Positions 1 through 11,600 of a DNA stretch of 64,000 nucleotides are shown here, piece by piece. Where the stretch lies: positions 103,912,001 to 103,976,000 of the forward strand of contig OX597817.1 in NCBI GenBank assembly GCA_951406725.2, in the 5' to 3' direction. Position numbers and translations under genes: made by a program. Within the stretch, counting starts at the first letter, position 1. Each line of letters begins with the position of its first letter. The DNA is from Octopus vulgaris (taxonomy: Eukaryota). Under the pieces are notes generated by a model. It did no database searches and was not told where the DNA came from. It worked only from the letters and a program-made list of their open reading frames with translations.

Positions 1-535
1 CTTGAGGAAGTTCATGACCACCTTAGCCTTGTGACATGGGGCATTGTCCTGCATGAATATGGATGGTCGTTTCGTTGAATTTCTCAGCACAGGCAAGACA
101 TGATCTTTTACAAGTTGTTTATGAACTCCTGCATTTAACTTTCCATGTAATCGCACCAAAGGGCCCACACCATCTCCAGATATCATTCCCCAAACCATGA
201 CACTTCCTCCACCGAATTTAACACTAGTCTTAAGGCATTTAGGCAACAATTTTTCACCTACTTTTCTACGAACGTACTTTTTCCCATCTGAGCCAAATAA
301 CATAAACTTAGATTCATCACTGAAATGCACCGTTTGCCATTTTTATTGAGACCACAACACATGTTCGGTTGCAAGGTAAGACAACACTTTTTTATTCTTG
401 GAGCTGATCAGTGGCTTCACTGCAGGTGCTCTTGCTTGTAGGTCATGTTCAACTAAACGACGAGACACAGTTTTTCGAGATAAAGTTTTCTTCAGTACAA
501 TGCTCATTTCCCGAGAAACAGCAGCAGTGTGTGGA
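1..535 (-). mobile_element. Tc1-like transposase remnant (runs off the left window edge)
   Basis: Minus-strand translation gives ARAPAVKPLIS, WQTVHFSDESKF, GGSVMVWGMIS and FMQDNAPCHKAK, which are Tc1 DDE-domain motifs. There is an in-frame stop, and the 5' part is lost next to a microsatellite. Confidence 0.9.
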
Positions 536-561
536 TGTGAGTGATTGTGAGTGTCTGTCTG

Positions 562-599
<38 letters not shown>

Positions 600-844
600 T
601 ACTTTGAGAAGAGAAATAACGCGTGCGTTCGGTCATATAATAATATAATAAATAAAATATATGCATACAGTTGCGGCCAAAATGTTCAGAACGGTATTTG
701 TCTGCGTGTGGTGTGTGTGTGTGTGTGTGTGTGTGTGCCTATATATATATGCGCACGCACGCACACAAAAACACTCTGCATATCTCTAGTAACCTGAGAC
801 ATCATTCTATATCCTGGTTCAACATACCTTAACTGGTGACCATC

Positions 845-875
<31 letters not shown>

Positions 876-1304
876 TATGTATATGTATATGAATATACAT
901 GCACATCCCGCTCTCTCTTTATGTATAACTGTCTACTCTAAGTCTACATCATCTGTACAGCCACTGCTCAGAATCCTCGTCGAGTGCTCTTTCCCGTCTT
1001 CACTTATTAAAACTAAACTATGTCCACCGCCGATGGCAATATGCCTGAATATTGCTCGTTGAAATCAACTGCTGTAAGTTTGTTTGTCGTTAACTAAAAG
1101 CCGGGTTAATTCCAATTAAGGAGGTCTCGTGATCAAACACAATCAAGCAGTGAGTACTGTGAATTTTTAAAGATTTTTAAAGAAAATACAATAACTCACA
1201 TCCCTTCCCCTAGATCACATATACCACACACAAACAGCCAGCAACCAACACCAACGAAAACAACAACACAACCACTTACACAAACTATCATAGAAGCCTA
1301 CAAC

Positions 1305-1780
1305 ATGCCCCTACCACCGTCCGATTTCTCAGAAATTTCGTCGGAAGACGAAACCAGTGAGGAATGGCAAATAACCAGAAAAAGAAGGAGGAAAAGGAGC
1401 AGAAAAACAACCAAACCAAATGCAAACACGAACAAAGCGTCTCCCGAAGACATTTCGAAACCCACCACAAACAACAGCAACACCAACACCACAAAAATAT
1501 ATACAGCAAACATGCTCACAGCTATAGGCACAAAAAACACAGATTTGATGGAATGCATCAAATCAAAAACAAACCTAACAAGAGATGACATAGAAACAAT
1601 CACCCATACACAACACCACCGGAGCACATCCAAATACTACACATCTCACGAAGTCTACACCACACACTAAAAGACATTTCCCCAGTGCGGTTGGCAAATG
1701 CCAAAAATACCTTACAAACTGTATTGGGATCTCCTTGACGACAAACTAAAGGAGGAGAAAGCAAACACTTTCGAGCAGTA
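1305..1780 (+). pseudogene. LINE ORF1 remnant (apparently internally deleted)
   Basis: ORF 1305-1670 (MPLPPSDFSEISSEDETSEEWQITRKRRRKRSRK...) has an acidic patch followed by a basic NLS-like run and lies just upstream of ORF2. Confidence 0.55.
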
Positions 1781-1825
1781 AGTAACCCTCTGTTACTTTC
1801 GTTTGTGTTTTAATTCACTAGGATT

Positions 1826-4800
1826 ATGATCAAGATTGTTTGTGTGAATGTGTGGCTTGGGGGTCCTCTTGGAAACAAGAGTACCTCTTAAATTACATAA
1901 AGTCATACATAAATTACATAAAGTCATACAAGTTAGAAATCATAGCCATAAATGAAACCAGACTCCATAATCCACGGGCCTTAAAGACCATGTTCGGCGG
2001 ACAGTTTAACATTTATTTTTCTCCGTCTGCTGCGACACCACGGTACTTTTTCGCAAGAGTCTGGATCTCAAAGTAAAGACAATATTCGTAGACCCGGATA
2101 GTAGACTGGTCGTCCTAGATGTCGACGGCAGCAATGGGTGCGCCTTTCGACTCGTATCAGTTTACGCACCGCCTTTAACAGGCCGGCCGGATTTCTATCG
2201 ACGTCTAGAAGTATTCCTAGGAACGTCTCATCCTTTACATTTAGTGGGGGATTGGAATGCTACCTTGGACACACATGTAGACTACGTGGGCAGAGATAAG
2301 AATAGACGGGGATGTAAATGCCTCAGAGACCTACTCAGACGCTTTCAACTGTCTGACAGGTACCAACTCGAACACCCGAATGCGCCAACGTGGACATGAA
2401 GTAACCGCATCGGGTCGTCGAGATCGTATCTAGATAGGATACTGTGCAGGACAGTAGATAGAGATAGCGTAGGGTGTCCACAATTCCACATAGTCAGCTA
2501 CACGGATCACAAACTTGTGACATGTACGCTAGACTTAGGTAAGATACATAGGCAGGGTCCTGGGTACTGGAAACAAAACGCGTCTTTCCCATCGAGACAG
2601 GTTATCGGAGACTGGATTAGCACGCTAGTAAAGCGGGCTTTGACGGGAGCCATTATCAACAACAAATGGTGGTTTGCCTTCAAGAGAGCAATAAAAGCAG
2701 AAGCGATTAGGTATAGCAAAACACTAGCCAGAGATAGAAACAGAGTAGAGTGTGACCTAGTTAAGAAGCTAGAAGAGGCAATTAGAAGCGGCATCGCATC
2801 CGACGTTTTGGCGGCGTGGTTGGCCCTCGACCAACACTTCAACGCCAAACACGAAGGGTGTGTTGTCAGAGCTAGGATGCATGATCTAAGGAACGAAAGT
2901 GTTGGAGCCGCGTGAGAGGTCTGGGTGGCGGAGGCGCAACAGGGCAACAAAACCACCACTCGATCTCTGGTAGAAGAACGGGCGCGAATTACTCGAGCCT
3001 ATTGAAATGTGTGAGGCCTTTCAACAGCATTTTGCCCGACTGTTCGGACAAGTGGCGGGCGAGAACGCAGGGTGGACTTCAGTGCCTACCTACACAGCCT
3101 GTCACGACTCTCGACAAGAGAGGCAGGGCGCTGCAAAGGTGTCATCACGGCGGCGGAAGAGCGGGACGCGATGGCAGAATGCTCGAGGGACAAATCGCCG
3201 GGTTTGGATGGTCTACCCTACGAGCTTTGCAGTTGTATGCCAGACTTGTTTGGAGACGTCTTGGCAGGAGTGTACTGCAACTGACAGCAAAACGGGAGCA
3301 TCCCCGCTTTTATGAGCCGAGGAGCCGTAAAACTGCTGAGGAAAGATCCAAACAAGAGGGACGTAATAGATAACTTTAGGCCCATCACTCTGCTTAATGC
3401 AGACCTGAAAATTTTGGCCAAGGTGTTAGCCTAGAGGTTGGCGCTTGTCATCGAGAAACTGGTCAATAAGGCGCAAACATGCGCCGTGCCGGGCCGGAGC
3501 ATCCATGACAACCTACATTTGATGCGCTACATCATAGACAGGGTAGTTAAGGAACCTGGCATGAGTAGGGCCCTGATCAATTTGGATCAATCGAAAGCTT
3601 TCGATAGGGTGGACCATCGATACTTGGAGGCTGTCCTCATAGCGGCTGGTTTCGGTCACGTCTTCCGCGGCTGGATAGCTGCTTTGTACAGAGGCATCCG
3701 TTCGGCAATTCGCGTAAATGGACATCTATCGAGACCTTTCGACATTGCACGTTCAGTCCGTCAGGGATGCACCCTCTCGTCGCTTCTATACGTGTTGACT
3801 CTCGAGCCACTACCGCGGAAGCTGGCGACTCTGAGGGGCATCCCGCTAGAATAGGGGGATGATTTCACCGTCATAGTGTCTAGCCAAAATCTCATCGAGC
3901 TGGTCGGCGAGACACTGAAAGACTACAAAGCGGTAACAGTAGCGAAAATCAACCGGGGAAAATCAGTGGGCTTGCGGCTCGGCATCTAGAGAAGCAAGCT
4001 CATGCCGTTCACCAGTGCCTCCATCGTGGGACGCTGGACCGACGGTCCGGTCAAGTTGCTCGGGGTCTGGTTTGGTCCGGACCTCCAAATGGAGGACAGG
4101 GACGAGATAACGAGTAGAGTGGTCACTCACGCCCGGCAATGGACCGAGAAGAAGCTGTCCCTAAAAGGTCGGGCGGAGGTGGCGAACACGTAAATCGCGT
4201 CTGTCATCTACTACCGCCTGACCGTCGTGCCTTGTCCCGACCCTACCATCACCAAACTAGAACGCATTCTCTTCCGTTTCTTATGGAAAGGATGCGTTCC
4301 GATGGTCATGCGATCCATTTACTGTCAACACCCGTTAAAAGGAGGGCTGGGTATGCCGTGGTTGATGATGCACAAACACGCGCTGAGACTGCGATATCTC
4401 CGGCTCTACAGAGATGACGGTGAACAGGTGTGATCACCGTTTGTGAGGTGCGCTTTCCCGCAGCTCATCTCCATGACCGAACTGCAGTCGTGGATCAAAA
4501 AGAGGCCGAGGAAGGGCGAATGGCACCGCGAGTGTCGCGTTGCTCTCAAGCAACTATGCAGTCCCTTGGTCGACCTTGAGCGACTTCAATACAACCAAAG
4601 CATCCTATGGGGGATTAGAGGAGGGAAGATACGACGACGATCTCGGGGCGAACCCGCCTGTTCAGGACGACTTTCGGGCCGGGACCTATGGACAACTTCT
4701 AGAGATCCCTGGCCTGGCAGTGCTATCGAGAAGCGTTCGGGATAAGCTCTACAGACATGGCTTGAGAAACACGGGGCCGATCAGTCCGAGATGTGGTCAG

Positions 4801-5202
4801 AGCGACGAAACCGTCCTGCACGCACTCGTACAGTGTCCAACCATTTCCGACCTGTGGGCCTATGTCGAACGACAGCTATCGCGTGTGGGACGTGTCGGTT
4901 TATCAACCGAGTCTATCGTGAATATTGTCGCGCCTCCTTCCTTGAAACGGGAAGGAAGAGCCATTTACATCGTACTTGTGGCTATGGCGAAAGAATGTGT
5001 ATGGTAGATGCGTCTGAAAGGTCTAGAGACAAACACTTTCCTCTCTGGTCAATCACTCATCAACTTCTTCAAGTATCACTTAAAGAGGAAGGTGAGAGTA
5101 GAGAGGGAAGTTTTGTCTAGTGAATGTTTAAAAAAAAGATGGGTGAATGTAGCAAGGATGGCACGTGTGAATGACGGAGCCAGCTTGAGCATAATCCTAT
5201 GA
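1826..5202 (+). pseudogene. LINE ORF2 (APE endonuclease, reverse transcriptase, zf-RVT), disrupted
   Basis: ATG at 1826 (MIKIVCVNV); motifs IAINET, LVGDWNA, SYLDRI, TDHK, GPGYWK, KSPGLDGLPYE, FRPITLLNADLKILAK, LDQSKAFDRVDH, SVRQGCTLS, GGLGMP, PRCGQSDETVLHALVQC. Many stops and frameshifts; the YADD region is damaged by a deletion near 3855. Confidence 0.92.
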
Positions 5203-5935
5203 ACCAAAAGAAAAAAGAAACGAAAGGAAAAAAGAGACCCACTTACTGTAATGTTTTCTTTTTGCATGACACTACTGCCCAAGGTTCCCGTGGTCTTTTC
5301 CGTAGGCTTTTCTGTCCACAGACAAACCTAATCTGTTTTCCCTCTTTACGTTAACATTTCTGTGATACACGATCCCTATTGATCGGCCCCATCTTTTTTT
5401 TTTTGATCGGAATTCCGCCCCCACCCCACTTTTTTTCACGATCCCTTTTGATCGGAATACGCACCCCACCTTTCCCCTACTCTTCTTCCCAAAAAGAAAT
5501 GCTCTACCTTGTATTTTGTCCCTCCTGTGTTTAGCCCTGCGAGGCCAATAAAGAAATCTATTTTCCCAATCTATATTCCTGTATGTAATATTTTAATAAT
5601 TACTGGTATCTTTATATATTAATATACTTTATGAGTAAAGCATATGTTATACATGTATGTATATTCTTGTAATTGTCATTTTAATAAATAAATAAACAAG
5701 TTGACATAATATAATGTCTAAAAGTTGATGAACCACCTATTGATCCCCTCCATTTTCTTATTGCTCTATAAATTAATGGTAAAATATCTCTTTACCTTCA
5801 CCCATTTAGTACACTTGGTAATGTAATTGCAAAGCAATAAAAAACACTTGTGTATTAATAATTGGATATGCTACCAGCAGTATATTGGATAGATATTATC
5901 CCTTAGTTGGTTGGATTCACAAAATCTTTCTTGAA

Positions 5936-6353
5936 ATATATACATATATATATATATGTATATAAATATATATTTATATATGCATATACATATACATGTA
6001 TATATACACATGTACATGTATATATACACACATATACATACACACATATACGTATATATATATATACACACATATACGTATATATATATATACACACATA
6101 TACATATATATATATATACACATATACATATATATATATACATATATATACATATACATGTATATATATACACACACACATATACATATATATACATATA
6201 TATATACATATACATATATATATATATACATATACATATATATATACATACATATACATATATATATACATACATATACATATATATATACATACATATA
6301 TATATATATATACATACATATACATATATATATACATACATATATATATATAT

Positions 6354-6405
<52 letters not shown>

Positions 6406-6732
6406 ACATACATATACATATATATACATACATATACATATACATATATACATATACATATACATATATACATACATATACATATATACATACATATACA
6501 TATACATACATATACATATATATATACATACATATACATATATATACATACATATGCATATATATACATACATATACATATATATACATACATATACATA
6601 TACATATATACATACATATACATATATACATACATATACATACATATACATATATATATACATACATATACATATATATACATACATATACATATATATA
6701 CATACATATACACATACATATACATATATACA

Positions 6733-6763
<31 letters not shown>

Positions 6764-6958
6764 ATACATACATATACATACATATATACATACATATACG
6801 TATATACATACATATACATACATATATATACATATATATACATACATATATATATATATATATATACATACATATACATATATATATATATATACATGTA
6901 TGTATATATATATATATACATACATATATATACACATACATACATATACATACATATA

Positions 6959-6992
<34 letters not shown>

Positions 6993-7227
6993 CATACATA
7001 TATACATACATATATATATATATATATACATATATATACATACATATACATACATATATACATACATATATATATATATACATATATATACATACATATA
7101 CATACATATATATATATATATACATATATATACATACATATACATACATATATATATACATACATATATATACATATACATACATATATATACATACATA
7201 TACATACATATATATATATATACATAC

Positions 7228-7263
<36 letters not shown>

Positions 7264-7325
7264 ATACATACATATACATACATATACATACATATATATA
7301 TACATACATATATATATATACATAC

Positions 7326-7361
<36 letters not shown>

Positions 7362-7591
7362 ACATACATATAAAAACATATATATATATATATATATACA
7401 TATACATACATATATATACATATATATATATATACATACATATACATACATACATATATATATATATACATACATATACATATATATATATATACATACA
7501 TATACATATATATATATATACATATACATACATATATATACATATATATATATATATATACATACATATATATATATATACATATACATAC

Positions 7592-7653
<62 letters not shown>

Positions 7654-8026
7654 CATACATATACATACATACATATACATACATACATATATATATATAC
7701 ATACATATACATACATACATATATATACATATATATATATATATACATACATATACATACATATACATACATATATATATATATATACATACATATACAT
7801 ACATATACATACATATATATATATACATACATATATATATATACATACATATACATACATATACATACATATATATACATATATACATACATATATATAC
7901 ATATATACATACATATATATACATACATACATATATACATACATATACATACATATATATACATATATATATACATACATACATATACATACATATATAT
8001 ACATATATATATATATATATACATAC

Positions 8027-8057
<31 letters not shown>

Positions 8058-8121
8058 CATACATATATATATATACATACATATACATACATATATATAT
8101 ATATATACATACATACATATA
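5936..8121. repeat. ~2.2-kb compound (TA)n/(TACA)n/(CATATA)n microsatellite
   Basis: Almost purely alternating purine-pyrimidine sequence; source of the 490-800 aa Y/I/H/T/M/C/V ORFs. Confidence 0.99.
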
Positions 8122-8139
8122 CTCTCTTTTTTTTTTTAC

Positions 8140-8340
8140 ACTTTTTACTTGTTTCAGTCATTTGACTGCGGCCATGCTGGAGCACCGCCTTTAGTCGGGC
8201 AAATCGACCCCGGGACTTATTCTTTGTAAGCCCAGTACTTATTCTATCGGTCTCTTTTGCCGAACCGCTAAGTGACGGGGACGTAAACACACCAGCATCG
8301 GTTGTCAAGCAATGCTAGGGGGACAAACACACACACACAA

Positions 8341-8383
<43 letters not shown>

Positions 8384-8542
8384 TACGACAGGCTTCTTTC
8401 AGTTTCTGTCTACCAAATCCACTCACAAGGCATTGGTCGGCCCGGGGCTATAGCAGAAGACACATGCCCAAGATGCCACGCAGTGGGACTGAACCCGGAA
8501 CCATGTGTTTGGTTAGCAAGCTACTTACCACACAGCCACTCC
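8140..8542 (-). mobile_element. tRNA-derived SINE, family A (internal microsatellite)
   Basis: Minus-strand head GGAGTGGCTGTGTGGTAAG...GGGTTCAGTCCC has Pol III A/B boxes. Similar copies at 15783-16065, 39106-39452, 53045-53308 and 61168-61592. Confidence 0.9.
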
Positions 8543-9833
8543 TATATACATATACATATATACACATACATATATATATATATATACACACACACATATA
8601 TAAACACATATATATAAACATATACACACATATATAAACATATATACATATATATAAACATATATACACATATATACATATATATAAACATATATACACA
8701 TATACATATATACACATATACATATATATATACTCTCTTTACTTAGATATAAGTATGTGCATAGCAAAGCATATATGTATTTTTGATTTTGACTCTTGAA
8801 CGATGAGCGCTACGATGGATTTTGTTTCCAAGGAATGCGGATCTTAATCCGTATAGCAAAGTCTTATGTTTCTACATATATATTAGGAAAAACCTCCAAC
8901 TTTTGTTTTCATGTTATTGTATTATATAGGATTACCTTGATTATTTATATTACCTTAATTATTTATAAATGACCCAAAATAGGATGTTATATTTTATTTT
9001 ATATGTCTTTCGTATATATTTTTATTAATGCACCTTTTTTTTTTTTTCTTTTTTTTAAAAAAAAGCAATGTTTTTTTAAAAAAAAAGCAATGTTGTCAAA
9101 ATTAGAATGTTGATATAAGTATGTGCATAGCAAAGCATATGTATTTGCAAGCATGCGTATCTGTGTATGTGTAAGTGAAAGTATGTTTGTGCTTAAGCAC
9201 ACATATACACGACTGTATCCATTCAAACTTATGTATGTATACTTGTCTCCATATATGCCATAATGCCGTTACACTGCTTGTATACATAATTTTTTCTTAT
9301 TTCGTTTTTTTCCCCACACCTCCTTCGTTCCTTTTTCTCTCTCCCTTTCTTTCGTTCCCCCCTTACTCAGTATATGAGAATCGCTACATACATCATTTTT
9401 AACTTGGATGCGAGATGGTTTTGCGTGAATATATGTACACATGCTTTTATGTGTATATTTAGATTTATATTCATATGTCTGTATATGTATGGCGTTTGCA
9501 CGCATAATTTTGTGTATGTTGATATATATATGTAGATTTTAATATAAGTATGTATTGCAGTGTAATATTTATAACAGGTTTAATTTCTATGCATTAATTT
9601 GCACTTTCTTCATTAACGTCAATATGTATTTTATTCAATGTAAGGTTTTTTCCTCGGATTTTATAATTTTTATAAGTTTTTTATATATATATATACATAT
9701 ATTTTTGACCTTTCTGTTTATCGCTCGAAGAGTGACCGTTTTTTCTAAAGGGCCAATCAAACAAGTCCATTTCTTTTTAAAGGTGTAGCGTTTGTAAGAG
9801 TATAGATTGAATTGATATATCAGTTCCATTCTA

Positions 9834-9885
9834 GCAAAAACTGTCTGATGAACGGCAACGAGAAACTCAGAGTAACAGATTTTGT
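9834..9885 (+). ncRNA. Type I minimal hammerhead ribozyme (probably a Penelope-like terminal repeat remnant)
   Basis: GCAAAAA-CUGU | CUGAUGA | A-CG-GCAA-CG-A | GAAA-CU-CAG-AG-UA^ | ACAG-A-UUUUGU. Both core boxes, a GUA cleavage triplet, ~10-bp stem I, GNRA-capped stem II and palindromic stem III are present. Confidence 0.75.
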
Positions 9886-9905
9886 TGAATTTTCTGCTGC
9901 TTAAA

Positions 9906-9909
<4 letters not shown>

Positions 9910-9984
<75 letters not shown>

Positions 9985-10227
9985 TATACGTATATATATA
10001 TATATGCATATACGTATATATATATATATATATGCATATACGTATATATATATATATGCATATACGTATATATATATATATATGCATATACGTATATATA
10101 TATATATGCATATACGTATATATATATATATATGCATATATGTATATATATATATATATATGCATATACGTATATATATATATATATGCATATACGTATA
10201 TATATATATATATATATATACATATAC

Positions 10228-10260
<33 letters not shown>

Positions 10261-10337
10261 ATGCATATACGTATATATATATATATGCATATACGTATAT
10301 ATATATATGCATATACGTATATATATATGCATATACG

Positions 10338-10370
<33 letters not shown>

Positions 10371-10421
10371 ATATGCATATATATATACATATACGTATAT
10401 GTATGTATATATATATGTATA

Positions 10422-10470
<49 letters not shown>
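9910..10470. repeat. (TA)n microsatellite with recurring TGCATATACG unit
   Basis: Directly visible; about 12 copies of (TA)n-TGCATATACG. Confidence 0.98.
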
Positions 10471-10475
<5 letters not shown>

Positions 10476-11411
10476 TTTAAGCCAGGGCATACTTTGACCA
10501 TCACTATCATTGTTTAACATCCACCTTCCATATTAGCACATGTTGGACTATATATAAAATATTGAGTGTGAAAAATTTATTGTATGTTTATGATCATTCT
10601 CAATTCATTAATTTAACATATAGGATAAGTAAATGAAGAATAAGAAAAATATCAAATTTACAATAAAATTTATTAGAAACAAAGGAAATTATTTAACAAC
10701 GGTGGAAATATACAGAATGTTGAAAATATGAAAAAAAAAATGTATATTCCCACCTCAATCAAATTATCCAGTAGCAATACTTTTGGCACGACCAGTAGAT
10801 TATGCTGAAGAAAAATCACATTTTTTTTCCAAAAGAGATATATAAAACACTGCATGGGATTTTGAATTTAATATGCACTCACAAAAATTCTAGAGTTAAA
10901 AAAAAAAAAGAGAATTTCTTTTACAATGTAGTTTTTAATTAAAAAAAAATTACTCTTCTATCTTTACATATATGATATCCATATACTTCAGTCAATTTCT
11001 TCTTCTGAAGATCCGATTTTGAATATTACATAGAGCGTTCTAATTCAACAATGTAAGGTGATACTTTTAATTTAAAACATGGGAATCACTGCAAACATTT
11101 ACACATTTCTCATAACACATTATATAAAAATTAAAGAATTTTTAAAAAGAAAAAAAAAAATCACAAGTTAATTCACTTAGATATTTAAATGAGTTTTGAT
11201 AGTAATTGATCTAATTATTAGCATTTAACATTTATTTTAACAAATTGAAGCATTTGAATGCAAGACAATGAGGAGGGATTGAAATAACAACAACAACAAC
11301 AACAATAACAATACAGTCTGTAATAACAGAATTAACATTGTCAGACTGTGCTATCCTTCATGCAATCATTGGTCGAAAGACAATCAGGAGAAAGGAGCAA
11401 ATAATAATAAT

Positions 11412-11600
11412 GGTTTCAAATTTTGGCACAGAGCCAGCAGTTTTCGAGGGGAAAGGGATAGCCGATTACATCAACCCCAGTACTTAACTGGTACTTATTT
11501 TGTCGACCCTGGAGGGATGAAAGGCAAAGTTCACCTCGGTGGGATTTGAACTCCGAACATAAAGAGCCAGAACAAATACCATAAGGCATTTTATCTGACA
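11412..11600 (-). mobile_element. tRNA-derived SINE, family B (Nin/Deu-like core), partial
   Basis: Minus strand has a GAGTTCAAATCC B-box followed by CTTTGCCTTTCATCCC...GGGTCGACAAAATAAGTACCAGTT and an (ATT)n tail; shared with 8 other copies in the window. Confidence 0.85.

Larger units (their letters stand above)
1150..5560 (+). mobile_element. Near full-length decayed Tx1/L1-clade non-LTR retrotransposon
   Basis: C/A-rich 5' region, ORF1 remnant, ORF2 with APE endonuclease, RT and C-terminal Zn finger, pyrimidine-rich 3'UTR and AATAAA at ~5547. Much higher GC than the flanks. The 5' boundary is approximate. Confidence 0.9.

Noticed and set aside
5871-8308. ORFs of 490-800 aa on both strands (and similar ones at 9.6-10.5, 14.8-15.2 and 55.9-56.4 kb)
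   Set aside because: Translations of TA/CA microsatellites, which lack stop codons by composition; no protein signal.
8480-8542. tRNA-like A/B boxes
   Set aside because: These are SINE heads without a cloverleaf; no true tRNA or rRNA gene was seen in the window.
9700-9800. CpG-containing stretch with GGCCAATCA as a host gene promoter
   Set aside because: No adjacent exon found; better explained as part of the hammerhead-bearing repeat.
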